Source: Rhizaria sp. SCN 62-66 (taxonomy: Eukaryota). Taken from it: 33,424 bases of DNA. Shown here in pieces: positions 1 through 12,310 of this stretch (the stretch's first letter is position 1; each line of letters opens with the position of its first letter). The notes under the pieces are model-generated. The model was given only the letters and a program-made list of their open reading frames with translations, ran no database searches and was not told where the DNA came from. The stretch covers positions 1-33,424 of the forward strand of contig MEDY01000328.1 in assembly GCA_001724265.1 (NCBI GenBank), written 5' to 3'. The position numbers were made by a program, and so were the translations under genes.

Positions 1-507
1 AAAACGAAGTGTGTATACACGAGAAACGCCACCTTTAAATCGCGACCGGCAAAAGCTGTCGACTGGAATTTTATGCAGAATGTCGACGGTAACAAATAAA
101 CGTCATGGTGGTGCGCAAATAGTTAGCAATTTCACATTGTAGTTGCGCACACGTCGACATCACCTGCTCCGCCCCCTCGGCCGGGGTTCTCAAAATATCA
201 CGATCTGCAGATCTGTGGATCAGATCCGATTTTCGGAGTCGTTAACAACTCCGCGGATAGTTCGTTACAGCAGATTTAACGACATGAATTTAGTAGAAAA
301 TGCTGTTTAGTATGATAACCTTTTATAATCCTGCTACAACCACTTGGTTTATAAGATGATTTTTCAGCCCCGTTCTCACCTCCATACTCACGTGCTTCTC
401 GCCATTTCCCCTTAGCTCTCTCGCTTCGCTCCTCAACTCGACTGAGCACTTCGGTCTTTTCCCCAGCCCCGCCACGCCCCGCGTTCTTGCGCCGCGCGCC
501 GTGCGCC

Positions 508-3500
508 ATGGGTTTTCTCTCGCGCGCCCACGGGGGCCTGCTGGCCCACTTCACCGCCGACCCCCGCGCGCTGACGCTGTTCCGCCTGCTGCTGGGCCTC
601 TACGCACTCGTCGACCTCTGCCTCCGCGTTGCCCCCTCTTCGGGCCTCGGCGTCGAGTACTATGTTTCCCGTTCCCTGCTGCCCTGGGCGCCCCTGGCCG
701 ACGACGACACCCCACACACAGGCCCCATCCACAAGGTCATGTTCTACCGCGGCCCCCTCGCGCTGCAACTCGCTCTCTTCGCCTTCCACTTCCTCGTCCT
801 GCTCTGCTTTATCCTCACCTCGCTCTTCCCGGGCCCATTGTTGCAGCGCGCGCTCGCCCGCGCCGCCCCCCGCCGCCTCACCATGGCGATATCCCCGCTC
901 CTCGCGCCCACGGTCAACGCAGCCCTCTTCTGGCTGCTCACTATCCTCATGCACGGCCGCACCGATGAGTTCAACGATGCGTCGGACAAGCTCTTCCGCA
1001 ACATCGTCATCTGGACCCCCTTTCTGCCGTACCCGCGGCTTGCGAAGCCCGCCGTGCCCGTCACCGTGGCCGCAGAGGCCTCGGAGGGAGGCTCGGCGGT
1101 CGCAGGCGCACTGACCTACCCCGCTGAGGCCGCCCCCACCGGTCTCGCCGGCCTCGCGGGCCTCTGCGACCTCTCCTCTGCGACTGCTGAGTCAGCGGTT
1201 GCGACTGAGGCCGTGGCCCGTGGCGGTGCAGGCGCTGCCGCGGGGGGCTGCGGGGTGGTCGAGTGGCCGCTGCTCACGGTCACCGTGCTGCGTCTGCTCT
1301 CCCCGCTGGCGCCGCTGCTGGGGCCGTTGGGCCGGGGCGCCAAGCGCAAGCGGCTTGCATTAGTGCACGAGCTGGCGGGCGCGGTGCTGGGCGGGAGTGA
1401 TAGCGATAACAAAAACAGTAACAATAACAACAACGACGATGATGATGCTGCTGATGCTGCATCGACTGAGACTCCTGTGACAGACAAGTCTAAGTCTAAG
1501 TCTAAGGGTAAGGGTAAGGGTGCGAAGTCTAAGGCTGTCCTCGAGTCTAAAGACGCTCTCTCAGTCACGAGTAGTGGCAGCAACACCACGTGTTTTAAGC
1601 GCTCCAGTAAGACTTCCCAGGAAGAGGGCGTGTTTGCGGCCTACGAGCGTGCAGCCGTGACCATCTCAACCAAGCCTGCGGACGTCAGCAGCGCTACCAC
1701 ATCCTCGCCCTTCTCGCGCTCGTCCCCCGCCGTTGCCGCCGCGGCCTGCGTGGGGCTGCTGACCCAAGTTTGCTTCCTCTACATCGCGCTCGCCGTGGAC
1801 CGTTGGCACCACGCCTACCAACCGTGGCTCTCGCTGGCCCGCGGCGACGCCGTGCACCACGTGCTGGGCGGCTCGCTGGCCGTCCGCCCGCTGGGGGCGG
1901 TCCTGGCGCGCCTGCCCTACATGACCTGGCTCGCGACCGTGCTGACGAACCCGCTTGAGTTCGCCTCGGGGCTCTCGCTGCTGCTGCTGCCGTCTTGCGC
2001 GATGCTGCACTCAGTTACCGCCCGCGATCGGAAGAGCTCTGCGTCGTGCTGCTCGTCGATTGTGCTAGCTCTGGCCCGCGCGGCCATGGGGGTCCGAATC
2101 GTCGCTATCAGCCTCGTGTTCGCCTTCCAGCTGAACCTGCTCGTCGCTCTGCGGCTGCCATATTTCCAGACGCTGTCTATGCTAGTCATGATCCCCTTCT
2201 TCCCCCCTGCTTGGCTCGACGCCGCCGACCGGGGACTCGCCAATCTCTATTTGTTCCTCAAGGAGGCGGAGAAGGAGCAGTACTTGGTGCCCCAGCCGCA
2301 AGACAAGCAAGAGGAAAGTAATGACAGTGGCAGTGGCAGCGTGACTCATGCTACTGCTACTGCTGATGCTGATGCTGATGCGGGTGACCTTGACGGTGAC
2401 AGTGAAAATGATGAGAATGCTCAGAGTGCGACTGGCGAGACCGGTGAGCTGCGGATGCGGAAGGCCTCTGCCAACAAGAGCAAGACGACGTCCAACAAGT
2501 CAGCTGACAAGGATACAAAGATTACCGAGACTAGGACCAGCGACGACGACGACGCCGACGACGACTGTGAGCCCACCCTAAGTGACCGTGAGCCGAGTGA
2601 CCGTGACAATCTACCCCTCCGCCCCCGCCACAGTGTCCGCTGCTCCGGCCTGCGCGCCGTGCTGCCATGGCTCATGATGTCCTACGCCCTCGCGCTCATC
2701 TGCGCCTACGACTTCAAGCTGTTCAAGCGGCTGCCCGACGACGGCGACATCGGCGAGGCCATCCGCTACAACCAGCGCTGGTTGATGTTTTCGCCCCCGC
2801 CAGACAGCTACTTCTACTGGACGGCGACTGCGCACTACACGCTTGCGCCGGGGTCGAACGCCACGGCCGACGCCAACGCTCGCTGGCCGAGGCACAAGGT
2901 GCCGCTCAGCCCCCCCTTGCGTGGGGCCGCCGCTACCACTGATAACTACAACAGGAATGACAATGGTAACACTTTGCGGACCTACGGCGAGGAGACCGAG
3001 CCTGCAACTGTGACCGCGACTGATGGCTCTGCTCCGGCGGCGGTGACGGACCTGGACGTCTTCACCCCGCCCCTGCCTTTCGACGTCTTCGCCGCCCTCC
3101 GCACCGGCCGCTGGGCCCACCCCGCCGACTTCACCGTCGCCCAGCCCTTCCTGCGCGCCGCCGCCGCGGCCGCGGCCCGCGCGCGGGGGCTGCCGCGGGC
3201 CGCGGTGCCGGCGACCCGCACGACGGCGCTGGCCATGGCGCTGTCTGCGCTCTCCCCTCTGCACAACAACAACAACGGCAACGACGGCGAGACTGATGTC
3301 GGCAACAACGGCGAGCTCGATGGGATCACTGCGAGTGACCGTGAGCAGCAACAGGGTACGCTTGACTCACCGGTTCTGCGCGTCCCGCTCGTAGCTGCCC
3401 ACGCCTTCCCGCGCATCACCGAGCTCACAGTCGCTTCCCGCCGCCCCCGCTCCCTGGCCGCCGCCACCGCGGCCACCGCCGCCGCCGCCGCCGCCGCGAA

Positions 3501-4627
3501 CGCGCTGGCCGTGACCCAGGCTTTCGCGGCCGCGGCGGCGACGGCGGCGACGGCGGCGGCGCAGCTGCGGGCGGCCAGCCCCGAGCTCGCGGCCGCCGCG
3601 GCCGAGGCGTTGGGCTCGGCCTCGGCAGCCCCGGCGGCGGCGGTTGCGGCGGTGGGAGACGATGCAGTGCCGATGGATGTGTACCCGTTCACGCGCGCGC
3701 TCTACGCGCTCCCTGCTCTCAAGCACAACGCAGAGTCTACCGCTCACAAGACCTCTAGCTCTAGCTCTAGCTCTAGTGCTGGTGGGGTAGTTGGTGCGGC
3801 GTCTGCGTCTGCGGCAGCCGCGGCGCTGGCCGAGGCGGCGCGCGCGGCTATCAAGACCCAGGCCCTGAGCAACAAACACCTTTACTACGACAGCAACAAC
3901 AACAACGACGACGACGACGATGACCACAGTAACAACGGCGATGCTTCTCTAGCTGCGACCGATAAGGGCGTTGGCAGCGTGTACTCCCGCGCCAACAACG
4001 CCAGCCTTGCGCTGGGCGGGCAGCTATGGCGCGCTTTCGAGGCCGAGACGCTGCTGCACTCGGGCGGCGACGCGCGCAGCGGCCCCCACGTCGTGCAGTC
4101 GACCGCAAAGTACGCTCCTTCACCCTCAAATGACGAAATCAAAGTCACACATATGACAGGTTATCGAAAGACTTTCTTTTTATTTTAGGTCTATTCAGAC
4201 TTGTTTACAGTAAATATTTATGCCACTATATGCTCACTTTTGGACTTTTCTATGTTTTTTTTTTTCTTCCTTCTCCCAAAGGTACGGGTCGTGGCGTCAG
4301 GAGCGCCTTTTCTGGTTGACTAACGCCGCCTTCAGCAACGACTTCAAGCGGGCCCGCCGCATCGAGTCCTTCGGCGGCCACTGGTGCGCCCTGTGGGCCA
4401 AGCACCTGCGCCGTACGGGGGTCGAGCTGCCCGCAGACGCGCAGCGTCACATCCGCTTCCGCGTGCTGACGTACCGCATCGCGCCCCCGCAGTATCCGCA
4501 GCCGCGTGACGACCACGACCCGGGGCTGCTGCAGAGGGCGGCGGCGCTGGTCGGGGCATGGTTGACGCAGGTGCCCGTCGAGCGCAGGGCGGAGGAGCTG
4601 GCGTATGACGTCGTCTACACGTGCTAA
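508..4627 (+). CDS. HTTM-domain (vitamin K-dependent carboxylase-like superfamily) multi-pass membrane protein; exons 508-4109 and 4282-4627, ~1315 aa
   Basis: N-terminal DPRALTLFRLLLGLYALVDL, several hydrophobic segments, QRWLMFSPPP and C-terminal YGSWRQERLFW...FGGHWCALW resemble HTTM-family motifs. A phase-2 intron 4110-4281 (GTACGC...CAAAG, T-rich) joins the two ORFs in frame (TAK|YGSW). Ends in TAA. Confidence 0.75.
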
Positions 4628-4637
4628 TGCCTCGGAA

Positions 4638-4647
4638 ACGACGACGA

Positions 4648-4679
<32 letters not shown>
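4638..4679 (+). repeat. (GAC)n microsatellite just after the HTTM stop codon
   Basis: Directly visible run of GAC/GAT triplets. Confidence 0.9.
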
Positions 4680-5551
4680 TGCATACTTGTTGCAGTGTTT
4701 AGCAAAGCGCTATGAAGGAGCAAGCTGTATACGTATGATTTTGTGATGTTTTTCTTTGTTGGGATGATGTTGATGTGAAGACATCAGCATTCGCATTGCT
4801 GGACGAAGGCGCACAGCTTGGAGTGCTCACGCTTGCTTGATGGTTGGTAGTATCAGCAGAGAACTTGGATGCTTAAAGCTTAAGGTCTCACTGGACTAAA
4901 CATGGCTTTTGTATTTATACTTTTTATTTTATTTTAGTTTTTATGTTTCTATCTACTAATATATTATGTACGACTTCTTGTTTCTAATGTATTTTGCTTT
5001 CTTGAGTGTCTGTACGTCAATTCGATAAATGTCGGTGATGCTACCATTTCTCAATAGAAAGCTCTTTGATGTGCGAACATACACTTTTTCGAACAATTAA
5101 AACCCCTTCGTGACTTGATGTGAATTCTATTCAAGTAAATTTGAGCCGTAATCAAGTCACACAGCTGGATAGTAATGAGGTGGTGTAGCTCGCTTATACG
5201 TGACTACGATGACACCAAGTGGTCTTTTTCACTATTATTGACGAGCGCATGATCTGTTGCCTCCAACAAATTATTATAGACTGTAATAAGATTGTTAAAG
5301 TTTTCTAATTGTTCGTATTTTCGCAAAATGAAGACAGTTTTTTTAAAATCTTTCGGTGAAGTGTGATAATATTACTGGTCATATGTGGCCACCTTGAGCA
5401 GTGACTGCTGACACGACGACAGCCATGTGCTCTCAGTTAGCACTGTTGCAGCATTCTCACTCAAAACTTTGCTTCCCTGCTTTACGCTCCCAATAGTCAG
5501 CACTGTAAATAGGCGCATCGCAGACGAGCAATCTCATCACACACTCCAGGA

Positions 5552-7139
5552 TCATTGGTCAACTGAAAGCTGACAGACAAGCTCATGCAACTGTTTGACT
5601 TCATCGACCACCCCAGCGCACGCCTCGTCATTGTTGACAAGTCCCGACAGCGCGGCTTCGCCATCAGCTGCAATAAAAGCTGCCAAAAACCGATTTTGAG
5701 GCTCGACAACGCCTTCGTTAGAGACCACAGAGTCTGCCCCCGCCCCAGCTTCTTCTCCGACCATGATCAGACTGCGAACAATCTTAAGCAGCCTGTTCAG
5801 CGTCTCGTCTGGTGGTGCCTCGGACAAAGCTACAGCGGTATTCAGCGCCTGAGCGCAAAACTGCACCGCACCCGAGTTGAGCAACGCTGTCGCAACGGCC
5901 ACACGGTCCCCGTTCTCTCGTGCGGGCGCGCTCAACGCACTGAGCAGCCCCCACGAGAGCTCGGCCGCGCACGTCCACTCCGTGTGCGCGACGTCGCCGT
6001 CGCGCGGTGGCGCGGGCAGGCGTGCAATAACCGCGTGCACCAGGTCCGACTCGAACACGCGGAGCACAAGCGCGGTCTCACGGCCCAACAGGTTCGACAG
6101 CAGCTGCAGTAGCTCGATGAGCGCGTTCACTTCGTCGGGCTCGAGCTCAGCAGCGCACCACTGGAGGCGCGCCAGCACGGGCGCGGTAAAGACGCGCGCA
6201 GGCGTGCCGTCGGTCAGCGCGGCGACATTACCAATGAGGCGCAGCGCGGGCGTGCGCGCCGATGGGAACTGCAGATGCTCTAGGGCCCAGTGAAACGTGC
6301 TGTTGTCACCCTCGTCCAAGAGATGGCTGAAGCGCACGCCGCGCGTTTCCGGGCGGTAAATCCGCGCCAGCGCCCATAGAGCATCAATCAACGCCTCGTA
6401 CAACTCAGGGATTTCGTGGTTGATACGCAAGCCGTGCGAGAGCAGAGGCACAAGTTGCGACACATAGCGGTACGACAGCGGCGGGCTCACATTGACAAAG
6501 TTAGAGAACGTCCAAACAAGGGTCTTGTACACATTGAAGCTGACGTTTCCGTTAACGCCGAGCGCTTGGATCATGTAAGTGCAGACACTGGCGAACGCGC
6601 CGCGCTTGCGCAGGGAGTCGACGGCCTCGCGACCTTCGCCAGCAATGTTGCCCAGGGTCCAGAGGGCGTACTCGATAGTGACGTCGGAGTAGCCGTTGTC
6701 GTCAGAGTTGCTGTTGTTGTCGTCGTCGTTGTTGCCGTCATCGTCACCGCTGTTGTTGCCGTATTTAATCACGCGGCAGAGCTTCTCGGCGACTCCGTTT
6801 TCGAGGAGAGCGGTACAACCTTCACTCGTGACTGCCAGGTTAGCAAATACCCTAAACGTCTCAGACATGCGTCCAGGTGCATCCGTGTCTGCACAGTACT
6901 ATAGGGCGCGCAAAAGCCAATTCAATACGCCGTATTCGAGACATAGCCGAGTGAAGGTTGACGCGTTACCAATTGCGCTCTGCACCGAAGACTCTTGATT
7001 CCAACTAGCGAGGAAGAGAGAGATGTCAGTTCTCCGAGCGCTTTGTGGAACAAAACATAGTCGAAATGAAGGGACATGCTACCGCATAATTAATATCAGG
7101 CAATTCGCCGCGATATGCCCGATCTGTTCTTGACTGGAG
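5552..7139 (-). CDS. Divergent importin-alpha-like armadillo-repeat protein; 5' end unresolved; in-frame TAG at 6899-6901
   Basis: ARM helix-3 motifs RVFANLA, ALWTLGNIAGE, LVWTFSNF, DALWALARI, PALRLIGNVA, LLSNLL. The frame continues upstream of ATG 6868 through one TAG to a splice acceptor at 7005-7006. Probable 78-nt intron 7005-7082 (GTAGCA...ACTGAC...pyrimidine tract...TAG). A further intron lies upstream (ACTAAC branch at 7190-7195). Ends in TGA. Confidence 0.75.
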
Positions 7140-7999
7140 CTATAAAGCAGCACCATCAAAGGAGAAGGGAGAGGAAACAGGACGAGGGGGTTAGTTTTGT
7201 CATGTTGTGCAACACAACCTTGTTACCACAAAACGAAAAGTTTTAAAGAAAGATCAAAATACGAAATATTGGTATACTGTAAAATAAGTACTACTTCATG
7301 TACACTTCAAGCTGGTTTCACGTCATGCGCGACACTCCGCAGCACTGCACGCGAAAACGTCATACCATGGAACAAAGGAGGCGTTTTGTCTTCACAGATC
7401 ACACAAAGTCTATGTTTCATATAATTGTTGACTTTCTAAAATATAACTCGTACTATTCCACACACAAATATTACTCTTATTACCACAAAACAGTCGGTGA
7501 ACGGATACGAGACAACTAATGTTCGCGTATCCAAAATCTTCCAACGGCTGTTTCGTGGTCGCAGCAACTTCGCGGTCGTTGATTGTTTGATTATGCATCG
7601 ATACATGGCAAGGTTATAAGCGATTATGATTAAAAAGCCACTGCAGTTTTATCATTTACGAGTGTCTATATAAAGCAGGTGCATATACGTTCCCAACCAC
7701 TTGGTAGCGTGTGTTCTACTGATGAGTGTATCCAAAGAGGCCAGTCGTAACTAGTGGTTTCCCACATAGCTCGGCCTCAAATCACGTGTCGGTGAGGCCA
7801 ACCTTCATAAAACACCTCCTCATCAGAGCCGCTGTACGGGCTCATGACTGCTGTGTGGCTGCCACTGTCCTTGTGGCCGTGCTTTCGCTTAAGTCAGATA
7901 ACTTGTGATGGCCACACAGCAATGTTCGCAGGCAGTGAACAAGACGAACGATCGCCATTCCGCGTTCAGCTTCGTTAGTATCCGGGCTGCGACTGTCAC

Positions 8000-8820
8000 T
8001 CAAAACCGCGCCTCCTGCTTCACGCCGCCGATAATGAGCGGCGACAGGATGCGAGCGGCAGAGGGGCCGTGCAGGGCTGTGAAGCGCTGCGTGGCGTCCT
8101 GGCCGGCGTAGGGCTGAAGCGCAAGACAAGCACACATGTGGGGTTACAAAAAGAAAAATGAGACAAAAAGTATTAATAACATCACAATGAGCACATTGAG
8201 CAACATAAGCCGTCGAATACAAAGCATATGGCAATCACGAGCTCGACATAGAGGCAAATTGATACAAGATCTCCAGCGTCACACAGAAGGTGATTCATGA
8301 AAATAAGCGAAATTCATTTGTTACCGGCAGCATATAGGCTAGTCCAGAAGATATCTCATGAGAAATAGAGCAATGCCGGTATGCATGGCACATTTGTTGT
8401 TGCTATAGACGTACAAGAATGGCTGCAGCACCGCCAGAGTGGGTCGTCATGAGTGACGTCACATCGACGACCTTGCCGTCGATGATCACCTGCGCGCGAA
8501 AACAAAGCAAGGCACAAAAGACCAGATAGATAAGTTAATATAGTGCACGAAAAATACCAGCAGTGGTGAAATGAAGGAAGGCAGCGTTGCTATCTTACCC
8601 AGCAGTCAGTGGCCGAGTTGTGCTGCTCGATCTCACTCTTGGTGTACATCGCCTGCGCGCGCGTGCCGAGGGGCAGGTAGGGCACGTTAAGCCCGTTCAG
8701 GGTCCCCATAGGCACGGCGGGACGAATAGACGCGGTCTGGCGCAGGACTGCAGCTGCGTTTTGTGCGGGGGCGTGCGGCATAGCGGCGGCGGGAGCGAGG
8801 GAAGCACTTGGCTGGGACAT
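8000..8820 (-). CDS. Cytochrome b5 heme-binding domain protein, apparently soluble; exons 8820-8599, 8489-8415, 8113-8000; 136 aa
   Basis: Spliced translation YTKSEIEQHNSATDCW|VIIDGKVVDVTSLMTTHSGGAAAIL|PYAGQDATQRFTALHG retains both axial His. Introns GTAAGA...CAG and GTACGT...CAG, both phase 0. Ends in TGA. Confidence 0.92.
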
Positions 8821-9209
8821 CAGTGGGATGACTCGCAAGAAAAGCTCTACAAGTTGGGAAAAAAGGTGTTCTGCATGATGACATTTAAATAAAATAAATA
8901 AGCGCAAGTTAAAAACAATCAACAACCATTGATAATTCAAACCAGCGAATAATATGGCTACTTCACGCGTGCATAAGATGGCGCGCTCCCACTCAGTTCA
9001 TCACCAAGCTGGCCAACCACAAATGCAACTTGAAGGGCGCGAAAGAAGGATTTGTGTATTTACACAGCTACAGTAACTCCAACTGCGCCTAAACAACATT
9101 CATAACCGAAACCACATTCCATACAATAATAATTCATATCAATAATGTCCACAAAACACAACAACAACAACATCCTGTCTTATTCCTCATCAAAGACAAT
9201 ACTCTTTGT

Positions 9210-11826
9210 TTAGAGCTCGTCCTTGCCGCCGCCGTTGCGGTCACTGGTCATCTTGACCTCGGGCGCGGCGGACCGCGGCCAGTACTGACCCGCAATGAAG
9301 TCGAGCGTGCCGGCCACACCGTTGAAGTTCAGCGCCTGGGGCGCGACGGGGACGAGGTCGAAGGCGAGCTGCTGCGTCTTGCCGTCAGGGCTGGGCTTGA
9401 GCACCGGCTTGACCACGCGCGCCGCAGGCGTGAGAGTGATCTGGAACTGCTGCATCAGCGCCGCGTTGGACGCCGGCACGACGCCAACCTCTGCGTAGTC
9501 GTGGAACTCGGCGGCGAGTGCGCGCGCCAGCACCGGCACGCCGGGCTTGTCGGTCGCGATGAGCACGCGCGGTGCCAACATGTTCTGCATCAGCCACTGC
9601 TGGAACGCGTTGGCGTCGCCAGAGAGCACCTCGACGGCGATGTCGTCCAGCGCGGTCAGCGCCCACGCTGCCAGCGGCTTGAGCTCCACCGCGCCCGTGT
9701 ACGCACGGGCTGCGGCGGCACGCTGCTGCTTGAGGGCGGCGCGGTGCGCGGCCAGCGCGGCGGCGGCGGCCGAGGCGGCCTCGGCGGGGTCGGCGTCAGG
9801 CCCGACCTCGGGCTTGATGGCCGGGAGCTTGAGCGCCACGGCGGCCGGGAAAGACACGATCTGGCCGCCGCAGACGGCGCCGGTGGGCAGCCAGGCCTTG
9901 CGGAGGGCGGCCGTGGAGGCCTTGGCGTCGGCGTCGTCCTCCGCAGAGCAGCGGACCGTGGCGAAGGCGACCATGGAGTTGACTGACTTGCCAGCGTCCT
10001 CGAACTCCTTGCGCTCGGTCGCCTCGAGGGAGCTCTCGTCATCGCGCGCGAAGCGGACAACGAAGGGGCGTGCGCGGTGGCCGACCAGGGCGTCGGCGTT
10101 CTCGTCGGTCAGAGAGATGATCTCGCCGCGCTTGGTGTTGGGGCGCGACGGACGCTGCCACTTGAGCTCGTTCGCAGCAGCCTCCTGTCATAGATGCGAG
10201 ACGCAAGCAGGAGAGTGAGTTATGGTTATATTGTGGAATTGAAAGCTAAATTAGAGTAACATGTGTGGATCAACGTGCGCGTTTAGGTCTTATTTAAAAC
10301 GTACCTGAACCTTCTGCGCCTCACTGGTCGAGCCAGAAGAGGACGAAGAGGAGCTACTTGAGCTCGAGCTCGAGCTAGCACGAGCGGCCTTGCGGGCGCG
10401 CTTATCGAGCACTGCCTGGCACTGTCCACCCTCGCTGCCTTCGCTGCCGTCAGCGTTGGTGGTGACCAGCGGCAACAGCTTGCCTCCCGGCAGCGGCGCC
10501 GTGGTGGCCTGACCCTTCTGGAGCTCGTTGAGCCAGCGGTTGATGTCGTCGAGACGGAAAGAGCCGACAAGGGGCGCGGAGACGAGCTTGCGCGGCTGCA
10601 GCACGGCCAGCTGGGGATACTCCTGCGGCTCGAGCCCGAGGACATCGCGCACGAACGCGGGCTGTGCGCGGCCCGTAAGCCAGGAGAACTTGACGAAGTC
10701 GTCAGCGCGAAGGTCCTGGACCGACGCCAGCACGTCGAGGTCGTAGGCCGTCTGGCGGCGGGGCTGCTCGGGCGCGACGTAGATGGCGCAGAGCCCGCCC
10801 AGCGAGGCGCAGTGGGCCTGGAAGCACGACTCATCCGTCAGCTCGGGGATCGCCAAGGCCTCGGTGGCCGAGGTCGCCGTGTCGCGCGCGTAGAGCTGGA
10901 GGAAGGCGCGGATGGGGCCGGCCTTCATGAGGCCGGTGTACACGCGGGGCTCCTGTAATAGCGTCGTGATGACAACAATAGACAAGGAAGATATATGAGT
11001 TATAAGAGTACATTTTGGCATAAGATTAACATGAAAAGTTTGAGTTTAACTATAACGTTTAAGACTAGAATTCACTGATATCGTGGATATATATCTTGCT
11101 GTGTTCAGGGACACATACCTGATCGTCGAACTTGCCGCCGGCGGGGGTGGGAGGAATGACGACAATCGCAGGGAAATCCGAGATGTCAAACTTTTTCACC
11201 AGCTTCTTGTCACTCTTGTGCACCTCACCAACAAACAGGCGGTCCTTCATGTTGAGCGAGAGCGCAGCCCACGTCGGCATCGTCTCCTTCTTGGACGTAA
11301 ACAGCAGCGCCTTACCCATGTCAGCAGGCGCGTCCTTGACGAGCTTCTTGAAGTTGCTGTTGGTGACCTTGACCACGCGGCTTAACTTCTCCAGCTGCGC
11401 GTGGACGCCCTCGCGGAGGGACTTGGCCGTAAGCGCGGAGGCGTCGAGCTTCTCGCCCTCCTTGGGGTGGCCGTGGGAGAAGACCTTGACGACGGGCAGG
11501 TCGGCCGCGGTCACGCCCGCCGCGGCCAGCGCGGCGGCCGACTCGGGGTCCGCGGCGTCGACAGAGGCGAAGACGGCTTGACCGTGGAGCTCCTTGGCGA
11601 CGCGGTCGAACGTGTCGCGCAGAGGCTTGCACTTGGGGCACTTGGAGCGGGAGTAGAAGGCGACGTAGGTGAGAGCGTTGTCGCTACCCACAGCGGGGGC
11701 GAAGGAGTCGTCGTCGAGCTCGGTCACGTGGTGGGCCGAGAAGAATGACGACTGCGCCAGCGCGACAGACGCGGACAGGCTCAACAGGGCCGCCGCGAGG
11801 ACGAGAATGAGGCGGGAGAAACGCAT
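9210..11826 (-). CDS. ER-resident protein disulfide isomerase / multi-thioredoxin-fold protein; exons 11826-11119, 10952-10305, 10184-9210; 776 aa
   Basis: Signal peptide MRFSRLILVLAAALLSLSASVALA, VTELDDDSF...FYSRSKCPKCKPL thioredoxin domain with CPKC, further Trx-like domains, C-terminal KDEL then TAA. Introns GTATGT...CAG and GTACGT...CAG keep the frame. Confidence 0.88.
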
Positions 11827-12213
11827 TGGGGGTTGCAGTGGGGAAATCGCACGAACAATACGAAGTTGTGAGTTACAGCAGGAGTTGCTGCGGTTCGCAG
11901 GCCCTTGGTGTGGCTTAGGAGAGAGAAGTTCAGCGGGAAAAACCTCTCTGGTAGAAACGCGCAGTGCGATAAAGCAAGTGCGCGAAAGCTACGCAATCAA
12001 GGGCAGAGGATGGATGCGTGTGCAGGGATGTTGAGGGGAAGAAGCATCGAGAAGTGTCCAGAGTGGGGTGAGTTCAGGCGATTGGGGAGTAAGCGTAGAT
12101 TAAGGCAAATTCAGGTGACATAAAAAGAAAAACAAACAAAAATAAGAATGGTGCAGTCCGAAAAAACAATAGTATCTGCACTAGACCGTCTTGAATGCGG
12201 GAAGTTACTGTCA

Positions 12214-12310
12214 AAGTTGATGCTCAACTTCGCCGTGTCAGCAAGTCCACAACAATTTTTGCGAACCGACCGAACCGAGCGGGCCGACCGACCGGTTGAC
12301 CTGGCCAGCG
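12214..12310. promoter_or_regulatory. Putative element in the divergent PDI/kinase promoter region
   Basis: Palindrome AAGTTGA-TGC-TCAACTT (12214-12230); 12-mer TCAACTTCGCCG (12224-12235) shared with the 17.3 kb divergent promoter; clustered ACCG/GACC units. Confidence 0.35.

Noticed and set aside
4186-4188. TAG ending the 1233-aa ORF as a real stop
   Set aside because: It lies inside the T-rich intron 4110-4281; the gene continues to TAA at 4625-4627.
4625-4740. Poly-Asp (GAC)n in frame after the HTTM TAA, hinting at TAA readthrough
   Set aside because: There is a one-in-three chance of being in frame, and KDEL-TAA and the other TAA ends behave as real stops.
7079-7081. A third in-frame TAG upstream in the importin-like frame
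   Set aside because: It is better explained as part of the donor (GTAGCA) of a 78-nt intron 7005-7082 with branch site and pyrimidine tract, so it is not counted as recoding evidence.
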